Source: Candidatus Eiseniibacteriota bacterium
GTDB lineage: Bacteria; Eisenbacteria; RBG-16-71-46
Direction of reading: 5' to 3'
Assembly: GCA_044222045.1 (NCBI GenBank)
Contig: JBGAOB010000001.1
Location: 47,364 to 111,363 of the forward strand
Length of the DNA stretch: 64,000 nt
Below, piece after piece: positions 31,146-40,111 of the stretch (position 1 is its first letter; every line of letters begins with the position of its first letter). The notes beneath the pieces are model-generated. The model searched no databases, was not told the DNA's origin, and worked only from the letters and a program-made list of their open reading frames with translations. Position numbers and translations under genes: made by a program.

Positions 31146-32831
31146 TCAGCGCTTCTGCGGCTCCAGCACCAGCCGCACTTCGCCCGAACCCTCGCAGCGC
31201 AGCACCAGGTCGCGATCGCCCGTCACGAGCCCGTAGCGCAGGCGGGCCTGCGTCTTCACGGCCACGCGGTAGTCGCCGCACGGCATGGGGCCGAAGCGGA
31301 ACTCGCGCGGCGGGCCCATGAACAGCTCCACGCGGCGCGAGGCGGTGACCGGCCCGGTCAGCGTGACGGTGACGGGAATGCGCTGCTCGAGGGGCCGGTC
31401 GGCCCACGACACTTCGACGGTGCCACGCAGCCGGCACGCGCACGAATCCGGCGCCGCGTGCGCGGGCGGCGGCGGCGCGAACGGCTCGATGCGCTTCACG
31501 CGCTCGCCCGTGACGGCGGAGGCCGAGCCGCTGCGCCGCGCCGTGTCGGGGCCCGCGGGCGTCGGCGCCACGCCCACCACGTAGGTCTCGACCGGCGCGG
31601 AGCGCGACGAGTCGGAGGCTTCGACGGGCGCAGGCACCGCCCGCGTGCGCGCATCCGCCCGTGCCGGGCGGGATGGCCGCGCCCGCGGCGGTGGCGCGGG
31701 CGATACGGGCGTGCGTTCCGCGGCAGCGACCGGCGCAACGGTGCTCCGTGCGCGGCACCGACGTGCCGGCGTGGCGCGCGACCCACTCCAGGCTGTCCGC
31801 GCGACGTCGCTCGCGGCGCCACTGCGCGAGGCTGTCGATGCGCGCCTGCTCCGCCGCCCGCTCGCGCAGTCGGCCCTCGGCGCGGCGCGCGCGCGCGGCC
31901 ACCCACTCGAGGCTGTCCTGCGAGCGGATCGCCGCGCGTTGCGCAGCAAGGCTGTCGTAGCGGCGCGAAGCGGCGGCGCTCCTCGCGGCGCACGGTCGAA
32001 GGCACATCCGCCTGGCGGCGCGCAGCCAAGGTCATCACGCGACGCGCGGTGGCCAGGCTGTCGCGCAGCGCTTCGCGGCCGCATCGGCGGCGCGGCGCTC
32101 GGTGGCAGGTTCGGCGCTGCGGCGCGCCGCCTCGAGCGCGGCGGCCGGCTCGCGCGCGGGCTGCGTGCGCGACGTTTCGGCGTTCGCGCGCACGGGCGGC
32201 GGACTCGCCGGCGGTGCGCTCGCTCGCGCGGGCTCGACAGCGCGGGCGGCGTGGCGCCCGGACGCGCGGGCGTCGGACCCGCGGCGCGCGTGCCGGCGGG
32301 CGGCACGAGTCCGGGCACGAGCGCTTCCTCGGTGAAACGAAGTTCGTTGCCGCCCGCGCGCGAGGCCCCGCCGAAGTCGGCCTCGACCCAGGCGTCCATG
32401 AGGCCTTCCTGCGCGAACGCGGTCGCCACGCCGGCGGCGGCGGACGGCTGGTTCGAACGCACGCGCACCACGGCGCGACCGTCGCGCTGCACGAGCGACA
32501 CCTCCAGCAGCAGCGCGCTGCCCCCCGACGCGAGCGGCAGCCGGCGGCCGCCGGCCTCGGCGCGCACTTCGAGCGTGAACGGTTCGCGTGCGAGCGCGGC
32601 CGCGGAGCCCATGGGCGTGGTCGTGGACCAGCGGCCCTGCCCGTCGCTCATCGACGAAGCCGACACGCTGCCGCGCAGCGTCACGCGCGCGCCCGTGATG
32701 GGCGTGCCGTCGGCGGCCAGCGTGCGGCCGCGCAGCACCAGCGTGTGGAACGCGGGCTCGGCGTGAACGGATCCCGCGGCCAGCAGGAGCAGGAGGAAAC
32801 ACAGGACGGGACGCATGCGGAGCGGCACCAT
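31146..32831 (-). CDS. secreted protein with carboxypeptidase-regulatory-like domains and an Arg/Ala/Pro-rich centre; frame assignment uncertain
   Basis: N-terminus MRPVLCFLLLLLAAGSVHA…TPITGARVTLRG… and C-terminus …CGDYRVAVKTQARLRYGLV… look genuine. The middle ~400 nt reads better in the -1 frame (tandem DSLEWVA…AQRAAIRSQDSL repeats with higher GC3). Confidence 0.45.
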   Translation of the reverse strand: MVPLRMRPVLCFLLLLLAAGSVHAEPAFHTLVLRGRTLAADGTPITGARVTLRGSVSASSMSDGQGRWSTTTPMGSAAALAREPFTLEVRAEAGGRRLPLASGGSALLLEVSLVQRDGRAVVRVRSNQPSAAAGVATAFAQEGLMDAWVEADFGGASRAGGNELRFTEEALVPGLVPPAGTRAAGPTPARPGATPPALSSPRERAHRRRVRRPCARTPKRRARSPRASRPPRSRRRAAAPNLPPSAAPPMRPRSAARQPGHRASRDDLGCAPPGGCAFDRAPRGAPPLRAATTALLRNARRSARRTASSGWPRARAAPRADCASGRRSRRASTASRSGAASDVARTAWSGSRATPARRCRARSTVAPVAAAERTPVSPAPPPRARPSRPARADARTRAVPAPVEASDSSRSAPVETYVVGVAPTPAGPDTARRSGSASAVTGERVKRIEPFAPPPPAHAAPDSCACRLRGTVEVSWADRPLEQRIPVTVTLTGPVTASRRVELFMGPPREFRFGPMPCGDYRVAVKTQARLRYGLVTGDRDLVLRCEGSGEVRLVLEPQKR

Positions 32832-32873
32832 AACAGCGGCGGCGCGATGGACGCGAGCGCTCGGCGCGGTGGC

Positions 32874-34907
32874 TCAGGCGCCGCCGGTCGGCGGAGATTC
32901 CGCCGCCGGCCGCAACTGCTCGGCCGCCCGATCCATCGACGCGTGGTCGCCCGTGAGCACCACCGTGTCGCCCACGCGCAGCTCGAAGTCCGCGGGCGGC
33001 TCCGCCATGACGTGGCCGCCGCGCACCACGGCCACCACGCGCACGCGCTCCAGCCCCAGGTCGGCGAACGACCGCCCCACCGCGGGCGAGTGCTGCAGCA
33101 GCAGGAACGTGTCGGTGACGCCCTCGGCCAGCAGCTCGTCGAGCCGCTCCACCACGCTCGACGGCAGCTTGCGGCCGCGCATGAGGCCGTAGCGCTCCTG
33201 CCGGAGCAGGCGCACCTGCGCCTCGGCCATGTTGCCCGGCACGTGGAACTCGCGCAGCACCGACGTGAAGATCTCGATCGAGGTCTCGAACTCCTCGGGG
33301 ATCACCTGGCTCGCGCCCGTGCGATAGAGCTCGTCGATCTCCGCCACGTAGCGCGTGCGCGCCAGGATGAACAGCGAGCTCGAACGCTGGCGCGCGAGCC
33401 GGCACGCGTGGCGCGACCCGGCCGGATCGCTGAGCGCCAGCACCAGCACGCGCGCCTCGGCCACGCCCGCGTCGTGCTGGATGGCGGGCGAGGCGATGTC
33501 GCCGATCAGCGCCGCGCTGCCGTCGACCGCCGCCTGTCTCGCGCCGTCGGGATTGAGGTCCACCACCAGGTGCGGCAGGTGCACGGCGCGCAGCACGCGC
33601 GCCAGGTTGCGGCCGTTCAGGCCGTAGCCCGCGATCACCACGTGCCCGCGCCGCGCCGCGTGCGCCGCGGCCGGGCCCAGCCGTTCGCCGGCCTCGCCGG
33701 GCACCGGCGCCGCCGCCGGCCGCCAGAAGCGCGACAGCGCGTGCGAGGCGCGCGGCGCGACGGCCACCAGCAGCGGCGTCAGCGCCAGCGACAGCACCGC
33801 CGCTGCGGTGAACGCCTGCACCGTGCCGCGCTCCACCAGCGGCGTGCCCGCGGCCAGCTGCAGCAGCAGGAACGAGAACTCGCCCATCTGCGCGGTGACG
33901 AGCGCGCCCTCGAGCGCGACGCGCGGATGGTTGCCCGCCACGCCGAACGCCGCGAGACCGGTGGCGGTCTTCAACACGAGCAGGCCCGCCGTGGCGGCCA
34001 GCACGAGCCCGGGCTGCGCGGCCACCGCGTGCAGGTCCATCGACATGCCGATGGCCACGAAGAACACGCTCGCGAACGCGTCGCGGAACGGCAGCACGTC
34101 GGCCACGATCTGCGAGCGCAGGTCGGACTTGGCCAGGATGAGCCCCGCGAGGAACGCGCCGATCGCGAGCGACGCCCCGGCCACCGAGGCGAGCCACGCG
34201 CTGCCGAGCACCACCAGCAGCACACCGAACAGGAACGCCTCGCGCGACCCGGCCGTGGATGCGCGGTGCAGCAGCCACGGGATCGCGCGCTGCGCGGCCA
34301 GGAACAGCGCCAGCGCGGTGACCAGCGCGCCGAGCGTGGCGGCCAGCGACGCGGGCTCGAGCCGCGGCAGCGCGGTGGCGCCGTTCCAGCGCGCCAGGTG
34401 CGGCGTCACCAGCACGAACGCGATGCACAGCAGGTCCTGCAGCACGAGCACGCCGGTGGCCAGCCGCCCGCGCGGCGCGTCGAGTTCGCCGCGGTCGCCG
34501 AGCAGCTTCAGCACCACGGCCGTGCTCGAGATCGACATCACCATGCCGGTGAACAGCGCCGGCGCGAGCGGCTTGCCGAGCGCCACCAGCACGCTCGCCG
34601 ACACGGTGATCACCAGCGCCACCTGCAACGCGCCGCCCACGAACGTGCGGCGCCCGAGCCTTCGCAGCTCGGTGAGCGAGAACTCCAGGCCCACCGTGAA
34701 CAGCAGCAGCACGACACCGATCTCGGACAGCTGGCGCACCAGTTGCGCGTCGCGCACCAGCCCGAGCCCGCCCGGGCCCATCGCCACGCCCGTGATCATG
34801 AAGCCCACGAGCGGCGGCAGGTTCACGCGCCGGCACACCAGCACCACCGCCAGCGACACCGCCGCCAGCAGCAGCAACTCGCCGAGGAATGGAACGGGTG
34901 CGCTCAT
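32874..34907 (-). CDS. CPA2-family K+/H+ antiporter (KefB/KefC-like) with TrkA-N and TrkA-C domains
   Basis: ATG at 34905-34907 with GGGAG upstream; ~12 TM helices, then GYGLNGRNLARVL (Rossmann/RCK) and a C-terminal TrkA-C-like part. Confidence 0.85.
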   Translation of the reverse strand: MSAPVPFLGELLLLAAVSLAVVLVCRRVNLPPLVGFMITGVAMGPGGLGLVRDAQLVRQLSEIGVVLLLFTVGLEFSLTELRRLGRRTFVGGALQVALVITVSASVLVALGKPLAPALFTGMVMSISSTAVVLKLLGDRGELDAPRGRLATGVLVLQDLLCIAFVLVTPHLARWNGATALPRLEPASLAATLGALVTALALFLAAQRAIPWLLHRASTAGSREAFLFGVLLVVLGSAWLASVAGASLAIGAFLAGLILAKSDLRSQIVADVLPFRDAFASVFFVAIGMSMDLHAVAAQPGLVLAATAGLLVLKTATGLAAFGVAGNHPRVALEGALVTAQMGEFSFLLLQLAAGTPLVERGTVQAFTAAAVLSLALTPLLVAVAPRASHALSRFWRPAAAPVPGEAGERLGPAAAHAARRGHVVIAGYGLNGRNLARVLRAVHLPHLVVDLNPDGARQAAVDGSAALIGDIASPAIQHDAGVAEARVLVLALSDPAGSRHACRLARQRSSSLFILARTRYVAEIDELYRTGASQVIPEEFETSIEIFTSVLREFHVPGNMAEAQVRLLRQERYGLMRGRKLPSSVVERLDELLAEGVTDTFLLLQHSPAVGRSFADLGLERVRVVAVVRGGHVMAEPPADFELRVGDTVVLTGDHASMDRAAEQLRPAAESPPTGGA

Positions 34908-35004
34908 GCCGACTCCCGGGCCGTGTGCTCTCGTGGACGCCGCGGGTTCCGCACCGGGGGACGGGGCGGCGATGCCCCGGAGGGTCACGCCGCCCCGCGC
35001 GAAC

Positions 35005-36378
35005 CTACGCCTGCTTCGCGAGCTCCTCGTACAGGTACGCGCAGCTCGTGGTGCCGCCGTGGAAGCTGCTGAGCGAGAACTTCTCGTTCGGCGCGTGCAC
35101 CTGGTCGTCGTGCAGCGCGAAGCCCATCAGGATGCACGGCACCGGCCCGTGCGTCTTCTGGAACGTGGCCATCACCGGGATCGAGCCGCCCTCGCAGATG
35201 AGGCCCGGCGCCTTGCCCCACGCACGCTCCAGCGCGCGCACGGCGGCGCGCAGCATCGGGTGGGCGGGGTCGGTGCGCCACGGCAGCGCGCCGTGCAGGT
35301 CGATCACCTTCACCGTGACGCCCGGAGGCGCCAGCGCCCGCACGTGCGACTCGAAGCTGCGGAAGATCTCGTCGGGGTCCTGGTCGGGCACCAGCCGCAT
35401 GCTGATCTTGGCCGCCGCGAACGACGGCAGCACGGTCTTGGCGCCCTCGCCGGTGTAGCCGCTCCACATGCCGTTCACGTCGAGCGTGGGACGCGACCAG
35501 ATGCGCTCCAGCGTGGTGAAGCCCTTCTCGCCGAACGGCGCGGGCGCGCCGCTCTCGTGCAGGAAACCCTTTTCGTCGAACGGCAGCGCCGCGAACGCCG
35601 CGCGCTCGTCCGCACTCAGCGCACGCACGCGGTCGTAGCAGCCCGGCACCGTGATGCGCCCGTCGGCGTCCTTGAGCCCGGCGATGATCGTGGCGAGCGC
35701 GTTCGCGGGGTTCTGCACCGCGCCGCCGAACTCGCCCGAGTGCAGGTCGCGCGCGGGGCCGGTGACCTCCACCTGCGCGTAGATCAGCCCGCGCAGGCCG
35801 TACGTGAGCGCCGGCTGGTCGGGCCCGAGCATGCTCGTGTCGCTCACCAGGATCACGTCCGCGTCGAGCTGCTTGCGCCACTCCAGCAGGAACGGCTCCA
35901 GCGCGTCGCTGCCCGATTCCTCCTCGCCCTCGATCACCATCTTCAGGTTGATCGGCAGCCTGCCGCTGGTTTTCAGGTGCGCCTCGATCGCGGACAGGTG
36001 CATGTACACCTGCCCCTTGTCGTCGCACGCGCCGCGCGCGTAGAGCTTGCCGTCGCGCAGCGTGGGCTCGAACGGCGGCGTGTGCCACAGGTCGAGCGGT
36101 TCCACCGGCTGCACGTCGTAGTGTCCGTACAGCAGCGCGGTGGGCGCGCCGGGCGCCCCGAGCCATTCCGCGTACACCACCGGGTGGCCCGAGGTGGGTA
36201 CCACCTCGGCGCGCGACAGGCCGATGGCCTTCAGGTGCGCCACGATGTGCTCCGCGCAGCGCAGCACGTCCTCCTTGTGTTCGCTGCGGGCGCTCACGCT
36301 GGGAATGCGCAGCACCGCCTTCAGGTTGTCGAGGAAGCGATCGCGGTTCTGTGCGAGGTACTGGTCGAGCGCGGACAT
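35005..36378 (-). CDS. M20-family dipeptidase
   Basis: ATG 36376-36378; …LLYGHYDVQPVEPLDLWHTPPFEPT…ARGACDDKGQVYMHL…. Confidence 0.85.
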   Translation of the reverse strand: MSALDQYLAQNRDRFLDNLKAVLRIPSVSARSEHKEDVLRCAEHIVAHLKAIGLSRAEVVPTSGHPVVYAEWLGAPGAPTALLYGHYDVQPVEPLDLWHTPPFEPTLRDGKLYARGACDDKGQVYMHLSAIEAHLKTSGRLPINLKMVIEGEEESGSDALEPFLLEWRKQLDADVILVSDTSMLGPDQPALTYGLRGLIYAQVEVTGPARDLHSGEFGGAVQNPANALATIIAGLKDADGRITVPGCYDRVRALSADERAAFAALPFDEKGFLHESGAPAPFGEKGFTTLERIWSRPTLDVNGMWSGYTGEGAKTVLPSFAAAKISMRLVPDQDPDEIFRSFESHVRALAPPGVTVKVIDLHGALPWRTDPAHPMLRAAVRALERAWGKAPGLICEGGSIPVMATFQKTHGPVPCILMGFALHDDQVHAPNEKFSLSSFHGGTTSCAYLYEELAKQA

Positions 36379-36639
36379 GACGGGAACTCCGGACCGGGAG
36401 GAAGAGTCGTCACCACGAGTCGCGGCACTGTAGCGCCGGAATCCCCGGGTCGCGAGCGATCCCGGCCGTGCCGCGCATCGCGGACCGGCGCAAATGCCGG
36501 CCCGTGCACATCCGGACGCAGGGCCGCTCGTGAGAGTCACCGTTCGATCCACCGACCAGCCACGACTCGCGCCTTTACACCGCCGCGGGCCTTCTGACAC
36601 TCTGCCCTCGCCCTTCTCCCGAGAGGTTCACGCGACGCC

Positions 36640-36849
36640 ATGCAGATCCAGATCCTTCGAAACGAGTGCTGCGGCAACGGAACGTGCTGCGAGATCGCGC
36701 CCGCCGTGTTCGCGATCGACAGCAAGAGCAAGTCGACCGTTCTGGACCCCGAAGCCGACACGCCCGCCAAGGTGCTCGAGGCGGCCGAGGCCTGTCCGTG
36801 CTCGGCGATCCTGGTGATGGACGACGAAGGTGAAGTGATCTTCCCGTGA
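36640..36849 (+). CDS. small ferredoxin (single Fe-S cluster domain)
   Basis: MQIQILRNECCGNGTCCEIAPAVF…ACPCSAILVMDDEGEVIFP; C-x2-G-x-C…CP signature. Confidence 0.75.
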   Translation: MQIQILRNECCGNGTCCEIAPAVFAIDSKSKSTVLDPEADTPAKVLEAAEACPCSAILVMDDEGEVIFP

Positions 36850-37247
36850 GCCCTCCGCGCTTCCCGCTGCGGCTGGAGCCGTGGCGGCTGGCGGTCTGCC
36901 GCTTTCCCGCCGATGCGCCGCTGCCCGCGTGGGTCTTCCACGAGAGCCCCACGTTCTGGAGCCTCACGCGCACGCCCGACGAACTCTCGCTGGTGTGCCC
37001 CGAGGACGACCTGCCGCCGTCCGTGCAGGAGCACGTCGAACGCGGCTGGCGCGCGTTCGGCCTCGTGGGCCCGGTGCCGTTCACCACGACCGGCGTGATC
37101 CACGCCCTGACCGAACCGCTCGCGAAAGCCGGCGTGCCGGTGTTCGTGCTGAGCACGTTCGACACCGACTGGCTGCTGGTGCGCGAGACGGTCTTCGATC
37201 GAGCGCTCGAAGTGCTCCGCCAGCACTACGAGGTGCGCGAAAGCTGA
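36846..37247 (+). CDS. ACT-domain (ACT_7-like) protein
   Basis: GTGA overlap with the ferredoxin stop; …WRAFGLVGPVPFTTTGVIHALTEPLAKAGVPVFVLSTFDTDWLLV… typical ACT fold. Confidence 0.6.
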   Translation: MSPPRFPLRLEPWRLAVCRFPADAPLPAWVFHESPTFWSLTRTPDELSLVCPEDDLPPSVQEHVERGWRAFGLVGPVPFTTTGVIHALTEPLAKAGVPVFVLSTFDTDWLLVRETVFDRALEVLRQHYEVRES

Positions 37248-37492
37248 CGGCGCGACTTCACGACGATTTGAGTTGACGTGTGTCGGCGATGGCGGAGCGC
37301 GCGGTCCACGACGCACTCCGCCATTTCAATGGTGCGTGCGTGGCGTGGCCGTGGACGGCGCGAAGGGCGTGGATTGCGATTCCGCGAGGGCCCACGCGCG
37401 ATCGCGTCCGAGCGCGCGTGGGGCTGCGCGGAAAACACGCGTGGTACAAAGCAGGTGCCCCGCGAGAACTCGCCCCCGAAGCGAGTGACGTC

Positions 37493-38701
37493 ATGCCGAT
37501 GCAGCCCATCTACGGCGCCATGGACGATCTGCAGATCTTGGATCTGCTCGACTACACGCTGTCCGTGGTGCGCGCCAACACGGTCGAGCTGTTGCTGCTG
37601 CTCAACGAGGTGGAACGCCGCGGGCTCTACGGGCCCGAGGGCTGCCGCTCGATGTTCGAATACTGCCGCGACGTGCACCACATGTCCGAGGATGTGGCGT
37701 ACCACCGGCTGCGCACTGCCCGGGCGGCCCGGCGATGGCCGGAGATCCTGCCGATGATCGAGGACGGCCGGCTGACCGTGACCGGCGTGAGCCTGCTCTC
37801 GAAGCACCTGCGGCCCGACAACGCCGAGGAGTTGATCGCGACATCGGTGCACCAGCCGCTCAAGGCGATCCGGCGGATGCTGGCCGAGCGCTTCCCGAGC
37901 GCCGACGTGCCGACGAGTCTCGTGCCGCTGGGTGCGACGCCCGCGAATCCACCCGTATCGATACGGGTAGGCACCATCGGATCGACGGAATCCGCGGAGT
38001 CGATGGAACCACTTCCGACCGCGGAGCCGCCGGCCCCGCAGCGATTCGCGCTCACGGTCACGATCGACCAGGAGGCGCACGACCTGCTGCGATACGCGCA
38101 GTCGCTGGTCGGCCCGGATGTCGCGCCGGGTGACGTGTCCGAAGTGCTCAAGCGCGCGCTGGCCGCCTACGCTGAGAAGCTCGAGCGCACGAAGCTCGGC
38201 GCCGGCACCGGTCGCTCGCGGGCATCCGACGATCCACGCTACGTGCCCGTGGCCGTGCGCCGCGAGGTGTGGGAGCGCGATGGCGGGCAGTGCACGTTCG
38301 TCGGTGCCGACGGCCATCGCTGCGAGTGCCGCGACGGGCTCCAGTTCGACCACGTGAAGCCCGTGGGCAAGGGCGGCGATGGGAACGCCGCGTCCAACGT
38401 GCGGCTGCTCTGCGACACGCACAATCGTCTCGAAGCCGACCGTGCGTACGGCGCAGGTTTCATGCAGGCCAAGGTCGAGGCCGCGCGGGCCTCGGCGGGT
38501 GGCCACGACGAGCGCGAGTCGGCGTCGATGGCGCCGAGCCTACGGGCCGCACGCACCGAGGATCAGGACGAAGCCCGCATCAACGCCGCGCTGCGGCATG
38601 CGCGCGCCACGGGTCGGTCGCCCGGCGAGGTCTTGAACTCTGGCAGGGCCGCGGCCATGGCCATGGCGGAGCTGGATCGCCTGTTCTCGAAAGCCGGGTA
38701 G
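37493..38701 (+). CDS. DUF222-domain protein with C-terminal HNH endonuclease (REP13E12-like)
   Basis: HNH core …CTFVGADGHRCECRDGLQFDHVKPVGKGGDGNAASNVRLLCDTHNRLEA; N-terminus …LDLLDYTLSVVRANTVELLLLLNEVERRGLYGPEGCRSMFEY… resembles DUF222. Start at ATG 37493; the upstream part of the track ORF is non-coding in character. Confidence 0.75.
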   Translation: MPMQPIYGAMDDLQILDLLDYTLSVVRANTVELLLLLNEVERRGLYGPEGCRSMFEYCRDVHHMSEDVAYHRLRTARAARRWPEILPMIEDGRLTVTGVSLLSKHLRPDNAEELIATSVHQPLKAIRRMLAERFPSADVPTSLVPLGATPANPPVSIRVGTIGSTESAESMEPLPTAEPPAPQRFALTVTIDQEAHDLLRYAQSLVGPDVAPGDVSEVLKRALAAYAEKLERTKLGAGTGRSRASDDPRYVPVAVRREVWERDGGQCTFVGADGHRCECRDGLQFDHVKPVGKGGDGNAASNVRLLCDTHNRLEADRAYGAGFMQAKVEAARASAGGHDERESASMAPSLRAARTEDQDEARINAALRHARATGRSPGEVLNSGRAAAMAMAELDRLFSKAG

Positions 38702-38757
38702 CGTGGCCTGCGCGCAAGTCGAGAGCGGGTAGCGCCGGAATCGCGCGCGGTTCCGCC

Positions 38758-39543
38758 TCAGTCCCGCACGCGCTTGGCCGCTGCGATCACGCACGGCGGG
38801 TGGTACTGCACGTCGTCGCCGTGGGCGAGCACGCCGAGTCGCTGGCGCGCGGCCGCGCTCGCGCCGAGCAGCAGGCGCTTCGCGCGCTCAAACGTGTCGC
38901 TGGACGCTCCGGCCTCGGCGAGCCACGCGAGCAGCGAGCGCCCCGCTTCGCGCTCGTAGTGCGGCGCCTCCACCCACTCGGTGCGCAGCCCCGGCGTGGC
39001 GCCCAGCGCCTCGCGCCACGCGTCCTCGCCCATCAGCCGCGGCGCGCCCGGGCCGCGAAGTGCTTCGAGCGCGGCCAGCACCGCGTCGTCCTCGGCCTCC
39101 CCCGTGAGGGCCGCGTCCACCACGCCCAGCCGCGCGCCCGGCGTCATCACGCGAGCCGCCTCGCGCAGGAACGCGCGCACGTCGGCGAAGTGACGCGCCG
39201 CGTGCCGGCACGACACCAGCTGCACGCACGCGTCGCGCAGCGGCAGCACGCACGCGTCGGCCTGCACGCGCGGCGGCACGAGCCGGCCCGCGCGGCGCGA
39301 CTCCAGCGCCAGCGCGCCGAGCATCACGCGCGAGAGGTCCAGCGCGATCACGCGGCCCACGAACGGCCCCGCCGTGCGCGCGAACGATCCCGGGCCGCTG
39401 CCCACGTCGAGCAGCGTCTCGTCCACGATCGGGTCCAGGTGCTCGAGCAGCCGGTGGCGGGTGTCGCCCTCCACGAGTTCGGCGCTCGACGCGTAGGTGC
39501 GCGCGCGGTCGTCGAACTCCGCGGCGGTCTCGCGAACGCTCAT
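38758..39543 (-). CDS. class I SAM-dependent methyltransferase (small-molecule type)
   Basis: ATG 39541-39543 with GGAGG 6 nt upstream; motif I LLDVGSGPGSFA; no DNA-methyltransferase motifs. Confidence 0.75.
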   Translation of the reverse strand: MSVRETAAEFDDRARTYASSAELVEGDTRHRLLEHLDPIVDETLLDVGSGPGSFARTAGPFVGRVIALDLSRVMLGALALESRRAGRLVPPRVQADACVLPLRDACVQLVSCRHAARHFADVRAFLREAARVMTPGARLGVVDAALTGEAEDDAVLAALEALRGPGAPRLMGEDAWREALGATPGLRTEWVEAPHYEREAGRSLLAWLAEAGASSDTFERAKRLLLGASAAARQRLGVLAHGDDVQYHPPCVIAAAKRVRD

Positions 39544-39709
39544 CGCGACCTCCGGAACGCGACCGAGCCCGCCGCCTGGCCCGGGCCGGTGGTCCTCTGC
39601 CCGGACGCGCTCATCGGCAGCGAGCCGTCGGGGCTCGCGATCACGTCGGGCGACGGCGCGCGCAGGTCGTTCGACGCTCCCGGCGACGCGATCGGAACGA
39701 GGCCGCGCC

Positions 39710-40111
39710 TCACCATCCGAGCACGCTCCGACGCGCCGGGCCGAGGAGGGTGACGAGCAGGATGGTCGCCACCGCGGCCACCACGCCGTGCGCGAAGTTG
39801 CCCGCCCACAGGTCGAGCGCGACGACCCCTGCACCGAGCGCGAGTTGCAGGCGGTACGCCCACGGCCGCATGCGCCACAGCCACGGCAGCGTGCCGAGGT
39901 AGGCGATCGGCACGATCACGAGCGCTCGCACCAGTGCGGGCGACAGGCGGGGGAACTGCGCGGCCGTCGCATCGGCGAGCGCGGTGGTCTTGTACAGCCC
40001 CGCGAGGTTGCCCAGCGCGAGCAGCACGAGCAGCACGGAGAGCGCGACGGGGCGCCGGGCCGTGAGCCCGACGCCCCCGCGCGCTTCCGCCGATGCCGGC
40101 GCCGGGCTCAT
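39710..40111 (-). CDS. small hypothetical membrane protein, translationally coupled to korB
   Basis: ATGA overlap with the korB stop; 133 aa with three or four hydrophobic helices (ALSVLLVLLALGNLAGL…, LVIVPIAYLGTLPWLW…, LALGAGVVALDLWAG…, VVAAVATILLVTLLG). Confidence 0.5.
   Translation of the reverse strand: MSPAPASAEARGGVGLTARRPVALSVLLVLLALGNLAGLYKTTALADATAAQFPRLSPALVRALVIVPIAYLGTLPWLWRMRPWAYRLQLALGAGVVALDLWAGNFAHGVVAAVATILLVTLLGPARRSVLGW

Noticed and set aside
30327-35072. 1581-aa plus-strand ORF spanning several genes
   Set aside because: Extremely Arg/Ala/Gly-rich with no domains. It is antisense to three well-supported minus-strand genes (M20 peptidase, secreted protein, KefB antiporter). 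Open frames of this kind are expected at about 70% GC.
37493-39543. HNH endonuclease plus adjacent methyltransferase as a restriction-modification system
   Set aside because: The methyltransferase has a small-molecule (UbiE/COQ5-like) motif I and lacks the DNA-MTase target-recognition and DPPY/PCQ catalytic motifs. The genes are convergent, not co-oriented.
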